DNA from: an uncultured Verrucomicrobiae bacterium
GTDB lineage: Bacteria > Verrucomicrobiota > Verrucomicrobiia > Chthoniobacterales > UBA10450
NCBI GenBank assembly: GCA_963726745.1
Contig: CAVSDR010000006.1
Coordinates: forward strand, 864,001 to 928,000
Direction: 5' to 3'
DNA: 64,000 bases
Numbering within the stretch: position 1 is the first letter of the stretch; every line of letters begins with the position of its first letter. The notes below the pieces were generated by a model that was given only the letters and a program-made list of their open reading frames with translations, did not search any database and was not told the DNA's origin. Shown one piece after another: positions 22,664 through 32,302 of the stretch. The translations under genes were made by a program, and so were the position numbers.

Positions 22664-23437
22664 CTAAAAATCATCCTCGATCAACGCGGGCGCGCGCTGC
22701 GACGGCTGTGACTTATTGTATTGCAGCGAAAGCAGCGCAAGCACGTGCGTGACCGCGGATTCGAGTTCCGAGATCAAGCGTTGCGCGCGGCCGCGAAAGA
22801 AGGCGTAAAAGATCATCGCCGGGATGCCAATCGCCAGGCCGCCGGCAGTATTGATCAGCGCCTCGCTGACGCCGCGCGAAAGTTGCAGATAACGCGCGGA
22901 ACCGACATCAGCCCCGAGCGCGCTGAAGGAACGAACGATGCCGATGACCGTGCCGAGCAGGCCGATAAGCGGCGCGATCATTCCGATATCCGCAAGGTAA
23001 ATCACGCGATTGTTCAAGCTGGAAGCCACGCGCGTGCCTTCGGTTTCGGCGATGTCGCGCACTTGCGCGAAGTCGGCGCCCGGATTCTTGGTCGTGAACT
23101 CCAGGACCTTCTGGACCACGCGCGCGATCGCTTCGCCATGGCGATTCGAAACCGCAAGCAGGCCGAGGTAATCGCGCTTCCGCAGGAGGGCATCGGCCGT
23201 GGCCATGTAGCCGCTCGAGACCACCGCGCCGCGGCGAATGCTCAGGAAGTAAACGATCACGAGCATAACCGAGAAAACGGACAAAATAACCAGCGGGATG
23301 ATGATGGGTCCCGCATGGATCATGGCGTCGAGAATGGAAGTGGTCTGCGGCAGGTCGGGGCCGGGCGGCACGGGAGTCTGCGCGAAGAGAGGAGTGGCGC
23401 CCGCGAATACGCCGAGGAGCGGAAGGAGGTGTTTCAT
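22664..23437 (-). CDS. exbB: MotA/TolQ/ExbB proton-channel protein
   Basis: APLIGLLGTVIG; GVSEALINTAGGLAIGIPA. Confidence 0.9.
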   Translation of the reverse strand: MKHLLPLLGVFAGATPLFAQTPVPPGPDLPQTTSILDAMIHAGPIIIPLVILSVFSVMLVIVYFLSIRRGAVVSSGYMATADALLRKRDYLGLLAVSNRHGEAIARVVQKVLEFTTKNPGADFAQVRDIAETEGTRVASSLNNRVIYLADIGMIAPLIGLLGTVIGIVRSFSALGADVGSARYLQLSRGVSEALINTAGGLAIGIPAMIFYAFFRGRAQRLISELESAVTHVLALLSLQYNKSQPSQRAPALIEDDF

Positions 23438-23525
23438 TCCGGAATTTGCAGCCATAGTAAGATGTCGCCGGGAGCGGCGCAACATTCCCAGCAGAGACAG
23501 CGCGCCCCGTGGGAACGTTCAACCA

Positions 23526-25514
23526 CTACGCGAAACGCCCGTCGCCTAACGAGCGCCGCACGCGGAAGACATGCGCCGGGCGCGTGTCTGGATGGAGCTC
23601 GACATAATTCCGGCTGCCCTGCCAGGTGAAGCGCTCATCGGTCAGGAGATCGTGCACCTGATACGGCTCAGTCTCGCTCAGGCCCATCTCCGCCAGCGGG
23701 ACGTGAATGTAGGAATGGTGCGCCATGAAGGCGTCGAGGTTCACGACCACGAGGATGAGGTTGTCTTTCGCCGGTGTCAGCTTGCCGTAAAAGAGGATGT
23801 TCCCATCGTCCGCCTGGTAGAACCGCAGGTTGTCGTAGAGATGCAGCGCGCGATTCTCGCGGCGGATTTGGTTCAGGCGTGCGAGGTAATTCTTGATGTT
23901 GCCGGGCGCATCCCAGTCGCGCTCCTTGAGCTGATATTTCTCGCTATCGAGATACTCTTCGCGTCCAGGAAGAGGGGCATTTTCGCAGAGCTCAAAGCCG
24001 CTGTAGATGCCGTAGACGCTCGAGAGGGTGGCCGCGAGGACGGCGCGAATCATGAAGGCGGGGCGGCCGCCTTCCTGCAGGTGCACCGGCAGAATATCCG
24101 GCGTGTTCGGCCAGAGATTGCCGCGAAAATACTCGCGCATCTCCGTCTGCGTGAGCTCGGTGAAATACTCGATGAACTCCGCCTTGGTGTTCCGCCAGGT
24201 GAAGTAGGTGTAGCTCTGTTGGAAGCCAGCCTTAGCCAGCGCTTTCATCATCTTCGGCTTGGTGAAAGCCTCAGAAAGGAAGATGACGTCGGGAAATTTC
24301 GCGCGCACCTGGCCGATCAGGTATTCCCAAAACGCCACCGGCTTGGTGTGTGGATTATCCACCCGGATGATGCGCACACCCTGCTCTGCCCAGAAGAGGA
24401 TGATGCTGGTCATCTCGTCCCAGAGCTCCTGCCAGTTCGAGCAACGGAAGTTCAGCGGGTAGATGTCCTCGTATTTCTTCGGCGGGTTCTCGGCGTATTT
24501 GATCGTGCCGTCGGGGCGCTTGTAGAACCACTCGGGATGCGCCTCGACATACGGGTGATCGGGCGAGCAATTGATCGCGAAATCGAGCGCCACTTCCATC
24601 CCGCGCGCGTGAATCTCGCGCTGCAGCCAGGCGAAATCCTCCAGCGTGCCTAACGAAGGCTCCACGTCCTTGTGCCCGCCGCCATTGGGCGCACCGACGA
24701 AGCGGTTCCCGATCGCGTAGGGCACGCCCGGTTCGCCCGGCTGGCTGGTCACGGAGTTGTTCGCGCCTTTGCGATTGGTCATCCCAATCGGGTGGATCGG
24801 CGGGAAATAAATCACGTCAAAGCCCAGGGCCTTTGCGTAATCGACCCGCGGGAGGCAATCGCGGAAGGTCGACCCGCGATCCGCGTGGCCCTCGGCCGAG
24901 CGCGGGAAAAATTCATACCAGGCCGCGGTGCGCGCGCGCACCCGGTCGACCGTGACCTGCGGATGCGGCGCGTATTGCGTCGAGGCCGAACGATCCGGGT
25001 AAGTTGCCATCAGGATCTCGAGCTCGCCGGAGTGAGCCAGCTCGTCGATCTGCGCGTTCTCGCTCGTGCGGATGATCTCCGAGAGCTCCCCGAGCCGCCG
25101 CCCATCGGCGGTCTCGCCGGCCCGGAGCGCGGCCGCTTCGATCAAGGCCGCGCCTTCCAGCGCCTCGCTCGTCAGGTTGGCGATGCCGGCCTTGAACTTG
25201 GCACCAAACTCGTGCTGCCAGCCCGCGAACGTGTCCGCCCAGGCTTCCACGGTGTATTCGTAGGTCGCGTTTTCGAAGAGGGAACAGACGCCGCGCCAGC
25301 GATCGTTCCCGAGATGGGTCATCGCGGTTTCGTGCCACTGCGGCTCGCCGAGCTGGCGCCATTTCAGCCGGGCCGCGACCACATCGTGGCCGTCCTTGAA
25401 GATGTCGGCCTCGACCTCGAGATCTTCGCCCACGACCCGCTTGACCGGGTAACGCCCGCCGTCGATCAACGGCTGCAGATTCTCGATAACGGCGGTGGGA
25501 AAGGCCCGGAGCAT
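23526..25514 (-). CDS. glgE: Alpha-1,4-glucan:maltose-1-phosphate maltosyltransferase
   Basis: FKDGHD; WYEFFPRS; YAENPPKKYEDIY; RVDNPHTKP; SEAFT; PNTPDIL; YLDSEKY. Confidence 0.96.
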   Translation of the reverse strand: MLRAFPTAVIENLQPLIDGGRYPVKRVVGEDLEVEADIFKDGHDVVAARLKWRQLGEPQWHETAMTHLGNDRWRGVCSLFENATYEYTVEAWADTFAGWQHEFGAKFKAGIANLTSEALEGAALIEAAALRAGETADGRRLGELSEIIRTSENAQIDELAHSGELEILMATYPDRSASTQYAPHPQVTVDRVRARTAAWYEFFPRSAEGHADRGSTFRDCLPRVDYAKALGFDVIYFPPIHPIGMTNRKGANNSVTSQPGEPGVPYAIGNRFVGAPNGGGHKDVEPSLGTLEDFAWLQREIHARGMEVALDFAINCSPDHPYVEAHPEWFYKRPDGTIKYAENPPKKYEDIYPLNFRCSNWQELWDEMTSIILFWAEQGVRIIRVDNPHTKPVAFWEYLIGQVRAKFPDVIFLSEAFTKPKMMKALAKAGFQQSYTYFTWRNTKAEFIEYFTELTQTEMREYFRGNLWPNTPDILPVHLQEGGRPAFMIRAVLAATLSSVYGIYSGFELCENAPLPGREEYLDSEKYQLKERDWDAPGNIKNYLARLNQIRRENRALHLYDNLRFYQADDGNILFYGKLTPAKDNLILVVVNLDAFMAHHSYIHVPLAEMGLSETEPYQVHDLLTDERFTWQGSRNYVELHPDTRPAHVFRVRRSLGDGRFA

Positions 25515-25571
25515 GGGCCACCAATCAAGCGAACTTGCTCCGATGCGCGAGCAAAAACTCCGCGCGCGCCG

Positions 25572-26213
25572 CTAGACCGCGAAATAGAAGGCGCACTCGT
25601 ATTGCCCCGAGCTGCGGGTCTCCTCGCGGCGCACGGCCGTGCCGAGAATCTTCTCGAACAGGTCCTGCTCCAGCCGCGCGACCAGCGGATACTGGTCGAG
25701 CAAATTCAGGATGGGCGAGTGGCATTCCAGGATCTGCGGGCCGCCCTCCTTCTCGTCGTCCATGAATTCGGCCATGTGGCCATCCTGGTCGCGCAGTTCC
25801 GCCAGGGAACGGGCGCGCTCGGCCACGGTCTCGCCCTTCACCTTCTCCGCGAACTCCCGGGTCTTCCGCTCGTAGACGTTGAAGAGAAGCTTCTCCGCCG
25901 CGTTCGGGCCGTAGATCTCGCTGGCTGCAGCCAGCAAATCCATCGTCATCCGGTTGCTGTCGCAGGGGAAGAGATCGTGCGTCCGCTTGGTCAGGCGATA
26001 GACCATCTCCGGCCGGCCCATTTTCTGGGGGCGACGCCAGGTGTCGAGGTAGCCGCCGCGCTCGAGCGTGAGGCAGTGCTGCTTGATGCCCATGTAGCTC
26101 ATCTTCATTTTGTCGACGAGCTCATTCACGGACATGCCGCGGGTGCGCTTGAGGGTATTGAGAATTTCGAGCCGCTGGGTGCGGCCGATTTCGGAGAGTA
26201 GTTGTTGGTTCAC
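25572..26213 (-). CDS. Winged-HTH transcriptional regulator (SufR-like)
   Basis: N-terminal HTH; GRPEMVYRLT; ILECHSPI; C-terminal CAFY. Confidence 0.75.
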   Translation of the reverse strand: MNQQLLSEIGRTQRLEILNTLKRTRGMSVNELVDKMKMSYMGIKQHCLTLERGGYLDTWRRPQKMGRPEMVYRLTKRTHDLFPCDSNRMTMDLLAAASEIYGPNAAEKLLFNVYERKTREFAEKVKGETVAERARSLAELRDQDGHMAEFMDDEKEGGPQILECHSPILNLLDQYPLVARLEQDLFEKILGTAVRREETRSSGQYECAFYFAV

Positions 26214-26324
26214 GGGCTGCGTCTAGGGGAAAGACTTAATCGAGGCGCCGACATTACCCGCAAAGCTCTTTGAAAAACAAGGGGAAACTCCGCCCGCAAG
26301 TTTCGCCGGCAAAACCAATTAGCC

Positions 26325-27452
26325 CTAGACAATGCGCAGGGTCGATTCCGGGTCGAAGAGGTGCGCCTTTGGGAGATTCATCTCGAACTGCATTCGGTGC
26401 CCGGCCTCGCGGTGGTCCAACGCTTTTTGGCTCCGGCAAACGATCGTGTGCGCCCCGGTTTGCAGGTAGAGATTCGTCTCCGCGCCCATCGGTTCCACCA
26501 GATCGATGATCGCCGGGAAGCTGCCGGCTGTTTCCTGGCCCCGGGCAAATTGCGCCACCTCGATGTCCTCCGGGCGGATCCCCAAAAGCATCGATTTGCC
26601 GACAAATTCACGCGCGCCCGGACGCTCGTTCGCGTCCAGCCGCACCTCGATCGTCCCACCTTCCATCTCGGAGAAAACCAGCGCGCCTTTCGTCTCCTTG
26701 AGCGTGCCGTGGATGAAATTCATCGGTGGGCTGCCCAGAAAGCCGGCCACGAAGAGATTCACCGGCTCGTGATAGAGCTTCAAAGGCGCGTCGTTTTGCT
26801 GCACCAGTCCTTTGTCCATAACCACGATCCGGTCGCCCATGGTCATCGCTTCCACTTGATCGTGGGTCACGTAGATCATCGTCGCCTGGAGGCGCTGGTG
26901 CAGCTTGGTAATCTCCGTCCGCATCTGCACCCGCATCTTGGCGTCTAAATTCGAGAGCGGCTCGTCGAAGAGAAAAACCTTCGGCTGGCGCACGATCGCC
27001 CGGCCCACGGCCACGCGTTGGCGTTGCCCGCCGGAGAGCGCCTTCGGTTTGCGCTCCAGCAAATCCTCGATGCCCAGAATCGCCGCTGCGTCCTGCACCC
27101 GCTTCTTGATCTCGGCCTTGGGAAACTTCCGCAGCTTCAAGCCGAAGGCCATGTTCTCGAAGACCGACATGTGCGGGTAGAGCGCGTAATTCTGGAAGAC
27201 CATCGCGATGTCGCGATCCTTCGGCGCGACGTCGTTTACCCGGCGCTCGCCGATGAAAATGTCGCCACGCGAAATCTCCTCCAAGCCGGCGATCATCCGC
27301 AGCGTGGTCGATTTCCCGCAGCCCGATGGCCCCACGAGGACAACAAACTCGCGGTCGGCGATCTCGAGGCTGACGTCGTTCACCGCCGTGACGTCCGCGC
27401 CTTTGTCGCCGGGGTAAATCTTGTAGACGTTCTGGACGGAAACCTTGGCCAT
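26325..27452 (-). CDS. Carbohydrate ABC transporter ATPase (MalK/UgpC/MsmX family)
   Basis: GPSGCGKST; VFQNYALYPHM; LSGGQRQR; DEPLSNLD; YVTHDQ; GIRPED. Confidence 0.95.
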   Translation of the reverse strand: MAKVSVQNVYKIYPGDKGADVTAVNDVSLEIADREFVVLVGPSGCGKSTTLRMIAGLEEISRGDIFIGERRVNDVAPKDRDIAMVFQNYALYPHMSVFENMAFGLKLRKFPKAEIKKRVQDAAAILGIEDLLERKPKALSGGQRQRVAVGRAIVRQPKVFLFDEPLSNLDAKMRVQMRTEITKLHQRLQATMIYVTHDQVEAMTMGDRIVVMDKGLVQQNDAPLKLYHEPVNLFVAGFLGSPPMNFIHGTLKETKGALVFSEMEGGTIEVRLDANERPGAREFVGKSMLLGIRPEDIEVAQFARGQETAGSFPAIIDLVEPMGAETNLYLQTGAHTIVCRSQKALDHREAGHRMQFEMNLPKAHLFDPESTLRIV

Positions 27453-27513
27453 AGAGAAAAACGCGCGCACGGTGGCGCAGCCGCGAGAGAGTAAGTCGAC
27501 CCGCGGGAAGCGG

Positions 27514-28395
27514 TCAATCGGCAACCGGCGGGAGCGGCACGATTTCCACCGTGGTCGCAGTCTCGCCGGCGCGCGCTTCCAATCGCGTCCCCGGCTCCCA
27601 GAAACCGCGCTTCACAAAACCGAGCGCACGCCGCTGTCCCGCGCTCGCGCTCGCCGCCACGCTTGTGAGCCATCCGGTTTCCCGCTCGCCGCTCCAGAGC
27701 TTCCAGCCCGCGCCTAACGAGTCCCCGGCCGCGGCCTGCAGGGCGCAGAGGCGCTTGTTCGTCTGGCCGGACATCTTGATCCGCGAGATCACTTCCTGCC
27801 CGATGTAGCAGCCCTTCGCGTAGTCGATCGTGCTCGCCTCGAGGTTCGCCTCGTTCGGGATGATCTCGTCGGTTAATTCCGCGCCCCAGCGCGGCCGCCC
27901 CCGCTCGATTCGCCATTCCTCGGCTGCAGCCTCATCCAAGAGCGGGAAAATGCTGGCTAATTTTTCCACCGCCGCCGCCCGCTCCGCGCGCGGCAGCCAA
28001 AGGTCCAAGCCCGTGGCGCCGAAACGATTTGCCTGCACTTTCAGCGCCGTCGACGGGAGCGTCTCCCCCGGATCGCCTAACAAGTGCAAAAGCGCATAAG
28101 CCTCAGTCACGTCCTCCACCTGCACGTCATCCGCGATGATGTAACGCTCCAGCCGCGCGCTCAGCGCCTCGGCCAGGCCCGGGTCGCTATCGAGCAGAAA
28201 CGATTCGCCCTCGGGCACGATGAAGACCTCCGCGTTGATCTTGCCCTTCGCCGTCAGCACGCAGGCATGGAGCGCGCGCGCGGCGCTCGCTTTGCGCAGG
28301 TCGTTGCTGATCTGGCCGTTTAAATAGCGCACACGATCCACGCCGGAGAGCCGCAGCTTCGTCCGCGCAGAAAGATCGAAGAGCGCCCGCTCCAC
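27514..28395 (-). CDS. ygfZ: Folate-binding YgfZ/GcvT-family protein
   Basis: KGCYIGQEV signature. Confidence 0.9.
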   Translation of the reverse strand: MERALFDLSARTKLRLSGVDRVRYLNGQISNDLRKASAARALHACVLTAKGKINAEVFIVPEGESFLLDSDPGLAEALSARLERYIIADDVQVEDVTEAYALLHLLGDPGETLPSTALKVQANRFGATGLDLWLPRAERAAAVEKLASIFPLLDEAAAEEWRIERGRPRWGAELTDEIIPNEANLEASTIDYAKGCYIGQEVISRIKMSGQTNKRLCALQAAAGDSLGAGWKLWSGERETGWLTSVAASASAGQRRALGFVKRGFWEPGTRLEARAGETATTVEIVPLPPVAD

Positions 28396-28398
28396 GGC

Positions 28399-29535
28399 CT
28401 AGTAATCCGCTCCGCGGCTGAAGATCCGGCTCAAGAACCCGCGCGGCTCGACTTCCTTTTTCTCTTCCGGTTTGGCTTCTGCAAGGGCGGGCGGCGCTTC
28501 CTCCGTGGCCGCTGCCGTCAGCATCGGCGACTCGTTAGGCAGCAACTCGATCTCCTCCACGTCCGGTTCAGCTTCGGGCTCCGGCGCCGCTTCCGGCTCG
28601 CTTTCCGGATCGGCTTCCACCGGTTCTTCCACCGGCTCGGGGTCCGCGGCTTCCTCTTCCATTAACGGCAGACTCGGCGCCGGTGCCTCGGGAAAATATT
28701 GCCGCATCACCGCGGAGTAATCGGCCTCGCCGCCGCCGTCGTTCAACTCATCGCGCAAGACATCGCGCGCCACCTCGGTCACGCCCAGGCGCAGGCCAAG
28801 ATCGCGCCCCATCCGCGCCGCGAGCGTCGCGTCTTTGAGCATGTGCTTGACCGAAAAATGCGTGTCGAATTCGCGGTCAATCATCTTCGGCAACTTCATC
28901 GTGAGCGTGCCGGAGTTGGACCCGTTCGAGCGCATCGCGGCGGCAAATTTATCCAGCGGCACCTGCGCGCGATCCACCAGCGCGAGCGCCTCCGCGGCCA
29001 CCTGCACCGTGGCCGCGGTGATCATATTCGTGGCCAGCTTGATCGTCGTCGCCTGCCCCACTTCCCCGATCTCGAGGATCTCCTTGCTGCTTGCTTCCAG
29101 CACCGGACGCGCGCGCCGGTAGGCCGCCTCATCGCCACCGATGTAGTAGACTAATTCCCCGCGACCGGCCGCTTCCTTGCTCCCGGTAAAGGGCGCGTCG
29201 AGCAGTTGTCCGCCGCGGCGCGCGACCAAATCGGCAGCCTCGCGCATCGTCTCCGGCGCGACTGTGCAATGCGCCATGACCACGTGGTGCGCGCTCAGCG
29301 AGGGCTTCATCGCGCCGATCATTTGCAGCAGCGCCTCGTCATTGGAAACGAAGATCTGCACGAAGTCGCAGAGCTCGGCCAGCTCCGCCGGCGAGCCGAC
29401 AAAATTTGGGAAAGGCCGCGGCGTGCGGTTCCAGACGAAGACGTGAAAACCGCGCCGGCGCAGGCAATCCGCCACCCGTTGACCGATGATTCCGAGACCG
29501 ATAACTCCGACGTTTTTTTGGGTGCGACGCGACAT
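28399..29535 (-). CDS. NAD(P)-dependent oxidoreductase (3-hydroxyisobutyrate dehydrogenase family) with acidic C-terminal tail
   Basis: IGLGIIG; VWNRT; DAPFTGS; KLATN; HMLKD. Confidence 0.85.
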   Translation of the reverse strand: MSRRTQKNVGVIGLGIIGQRVADCLRRRGFHVFVWNRTPRPFPNFVGSPAELAELCDFVQIFVSNDEALLQMIGAMKPSLSAHHVVMAHCTVAPETMREAADLVARRGGQLLDAPFTGSKEAAGRGELVYYIGGDEAAYRRARPVLEASSKEILEIGEVGQATTIKLATNMITAATVQVAAEALALVDRAQVPLDKFAAAMRSNGSNSGTLTMKLPKMIDREFDTHFSVKHMLKDATLAARMGRDLGLRLGVTEVARDVLRDELNDGGGEADYSAVMRQYFPEAPAPSLPLMEEEAADPEPVEEPVEADPESEPEAAPEPEAEPDVEEIELLPNESPMLTAAATEEAPPALAEAKPEEKKEVEPRGFLSRIFSRGADY

Positions 29536-29595
29536 TTTTTGCTTCTTCTCGCGAAAGTGCGGCCAACGCCTGTGCGGTGCAATCGTGAACTTGGG

Positions 29596-30384
29596 CTACT
29601 TCCGCTCGGGCCCGCGCGCCGCCAGCTCCGCCACCGCCGCGGCCCGTTTGGCATTCGCTAGCTCCGCCGCGAGCTCCGGCCGCGCCTCCGCGAAATCCAC
29701 CTCCCGCGCTGGGCGCACTTCCGCGAGCTGCACGATGTGAAAGCCGAGCGGCGAACGGAAAGGCGACGAGAATTCGCCCGGACGAAGCTTCACGATTTCC
29801 GCGAAAAACTCCGGCGGCAAACGCTCGTCACTGAGCCAGCCCAGATCCCCAGCGCGCGCTTTGCTGGCCGGGTCCTCGGAGTTTTCCGCGATCAATTTGC
29901 TCCAATCCTCGCCAGCCAAACGGCGCACCGAGAGTCCAAGGATTTTGTTCAACTGCGCCGTCACCACCTCCGGCTTCGTGCCAGTGGGGGCGGCCAGGAA
30001 TAGATGCGCCACGCGATATTCCGCCGGGCGCTGGAAACGCTCCCGTTGCGTTTCGTAGGCCGCGCGCAGCTCCGTCTCGTCGACCAGGAGCCGTGGCGCG
30101 ATCTTCTCCTCAATGGAAGCGCGCGCGCTCAAGTTGTCGGCTATTTCTCGTTCGAGCGCTTCCGGCGAAAGGTGCGAGGCCCGCCGCGCCGCCGCCAGGC
30201 CTTCCTCTCCGCCGAAAGCTCCGCGCAACAAATCGAGCTCGCGCTCCACCGCCGCGGGCGCAACCACTTCCGCCGGCCCGCTCCTGGCGTGTGCGCGCCA
30301 AGCTCTCACCAGCACCTCGCCGCTCCCCCAACCCAGCACCGCCGCGAGCACGAGCAGGACAAAAACTTTCCCGCCGCGCCTCAC
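29596..30384 (-). CDS. Parvulin/PpiC-type peptidyl-prolyl isomerase
   Basis: VAHLF; SEDPASKARAGDLGW; SPLGFHIV. Confidence 0.88.
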   Translation of the reverse strand: MRRGGKVFVLLVLAAVLGWGSGEVLVRAWRAHARSGPAEVVAPAAVERELDLLRGAFGGEEGLAAARRASHLSPEALEREIADNLSARASIEEKIAPRLLVDETELRAAYETQRERFQRPAEYRVAHLFLAAPTGTKPEVVTAQLNKILGLSVRRLAGEDWSKLIAENSEDPASKARAGDLGWLSDERLPPEFFAEIVKLRPGEFSSPFRSPLGFHIVQLAEVRPAREVDFAEARPELAAELANAKRAAAVAELAARGPERK

Positions 30385-31286
30385 CGGAAAGCGCTCTCGA
30401 CCAGGAAACGCGCCGCGACTTTGCCGACCGTGGCCAGGCTCTCCGCGCTCAACTTATCCATCGTGTCCGCGGGCGTGTGCCAGGGCGGATACTCAAAATC
30501 GATCAGGTCGATCGTCGGAATGCCGGCCTGGTTGAGCGGCGTGTGATCATCGAGAATGCCGCCGCGCGCATAGGTAAAATGCTGCCGCAAGCCGAGCGCC
30601 TCGGCCGCGTGAAAGATTCCCAGGGTGAGCTGGCTGGGGGAATCCGGTGGCAGCGTGATCCCGAGTGATGCATCGCCCACCATGTCGAAAAGGATGCCGC
30701 CGCGGAATTGTTTTGCCTGCCCCGTCTTCACCAAGTCGCTGGCAAAATACCGGCTGCCGTAGAGCCCATCGGTCTCGGTGAAACTAACGAACGCTTCCTC
30801 ACCATCGAAGAAGACCAATTGGATCTTCCGCGCCAGCTCCGGATGCGGCGCAAGCACCCGCGCCATTTCCAAGAGCACGCCGTTGCTCGAGCCGCCGTCG
30901 TTCGCTCCCACGAAGCGCTCGTGCGCGAAGAACTTCGTGTCGTAGTGCGAGCAAAGCAGAAAGGTGGGCGCGCTCTTCCCGCCGGGGAAGGTGGCGATGA
31001 GGTTGACGAAATTCCGCGGGCCTTGCGGGGTTTCGTCGGTGAACGCCTGCCGTTGCACTTCCCAGCCGGCGGCGACTAGTTGCTCCGTCAGGTAAACGCG
31101 GGCGGCTTCCAGTTCCGCGCTCCCGACCGGGCGCGGGCCGAGGTCGACCAGCCGTTGCACGTCCTGCAGGGCGCGTTCGCCGGAGAATTGTTCCCAGATC
31201 GCCGGCCCGACGGCCTCGGCGTTTTTGCCGTGGCGGTCGCAGGCGGCCAGCGCGAGGGTGAGCGCCAGGAGAACGCGCAGAGTCAT
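30381..31286 (-). CDS. M28-family lipoprotein, likely animal-type glutaminyl cyclase
   Basis: Lipobox LAAC; SHYDTK; GANDGGSS; FFDGEE; DMVG; DDHTP; WHTPAD. Confidence 0.78.
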   Translation of the reverse strand: MTLRVLLALTLALAACDRHGKNAEAVGPAIWEQFSGERALQDVQRLVDLGPRPVGSAELEAARVYLTEQLVAAGWEVQRQAFTDETPQGPRNFVNLIATFPGGKSAPTFLLCSHYDTKFFAHERFVGANDGGSSNGVLLEMARVLAPHPELARKIQLVFFDGEEAFVSFTETDGLYGSRYFASDLVKTGQAKQFRGGILFDMVGDASLGITLPPDSPSQLTLGIFHAAEALGLRQHFTYARGGILDDHTPLNQAGIPTIDLIDFEYPPWHTPADTMDKLSAESLATVGKVAARFLVESAFR

Positions 31287-31301
31287 CTCGTTGAGCGCCG
31301 G

Positions 31302-32218
31302 TTAGCTTTCGCTCTTCGGCAAGCCAATCGCATTCAAGACGCGCTCGAGATCGTCGTTTCCGTAGTATTCAATCTCGATCCGGCCGCGCTTCTCGCCATG
31401 CTGCACGACCACGCGGGTGCCGAGGTGAAGTTGCAGTCTATTTTGCAATTCCTCGATCGTCGCCGAGGTCACGCTCGCGGCCGCATGGTCCGCTTGCGCC
31501 GCCGAGTGGTCCCGAGCTGCCGCGCGACCATGCGCTCGGCATCGCGCACCGGACTGCTCCGGCGCAGGATCGTCTCCGCGATCGCCACCTGGTCCTCCTG
31601 CGACTTCAAACCCAGCAGCACTTTGGCGTGGCCCACGGAGAGCAAACCTTGCGTGAGCCACGTCTGCACTTGCAGGTGGAGATCGAGCAGGCGCATCGAG
31701 TTTGCCACCGCCGCGCGACTGCGCCCGACCTTTTGCGCGATGTCTTCCTGGCGCATCCCGAATTCCCCCGCGAGCCGCGCGTAGGCTTGCGCTTCCTCGA
31801 TCGGGTTCAGGTCGGCGCGCTGTAAATTTTCGATCAGCGCCAGCTCGAGCACTTCAAGGTCGGTCGCCTCGCGCACGATCACCGGCGCCTGCGTCAGCCC
31901 GGCCTGCTGCGCCGCGCGCCAGCGGCGCTCGCCCGCGATCAACTCGTGCAGGCCATTGACCAGGCGGACGATCAGCGGCTGGATGATGCCGCGTTGGCGG
32001 ATGGAATCGACCAGCTCCTGCAGCGCTTCGGCGGCAAATTCTTTGCGCGGTTGCAGCGGACTTGGGACGATTGAAGAAAGGTCGACCTGCAGGACGCGCT
32101 CGCCCGGTTCAAGCACTTGCTGAAGTTCCAGGTCCGGCGCCTGGACTGGGGCCGGCGCGGAGGTCGCGCGCGTTCCAATGAGCGCGCCGAGACCTTTGCC
32201 GAGAGCAGATTTCGCCAT
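31302..32218 (-). CDS. parB: Chromosome partitioning protein ParB; one frameshift near 31485
   Basis: ALGKGLGALI; QPRK; IAGERRWRA; IENLQRADLNPIEEA; C-terminal GRIEIEYY domain in second frame. Confidence 0.92.
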
Positions 32219-32302
32219 CGCTCCGAGGGTAACGGAAGCCTCCGCAGACGCAAACTCGAAGCCGTCGCGTTGCGTGCCGCGCGCCGCTCGATAGCATGGC
32301 GC

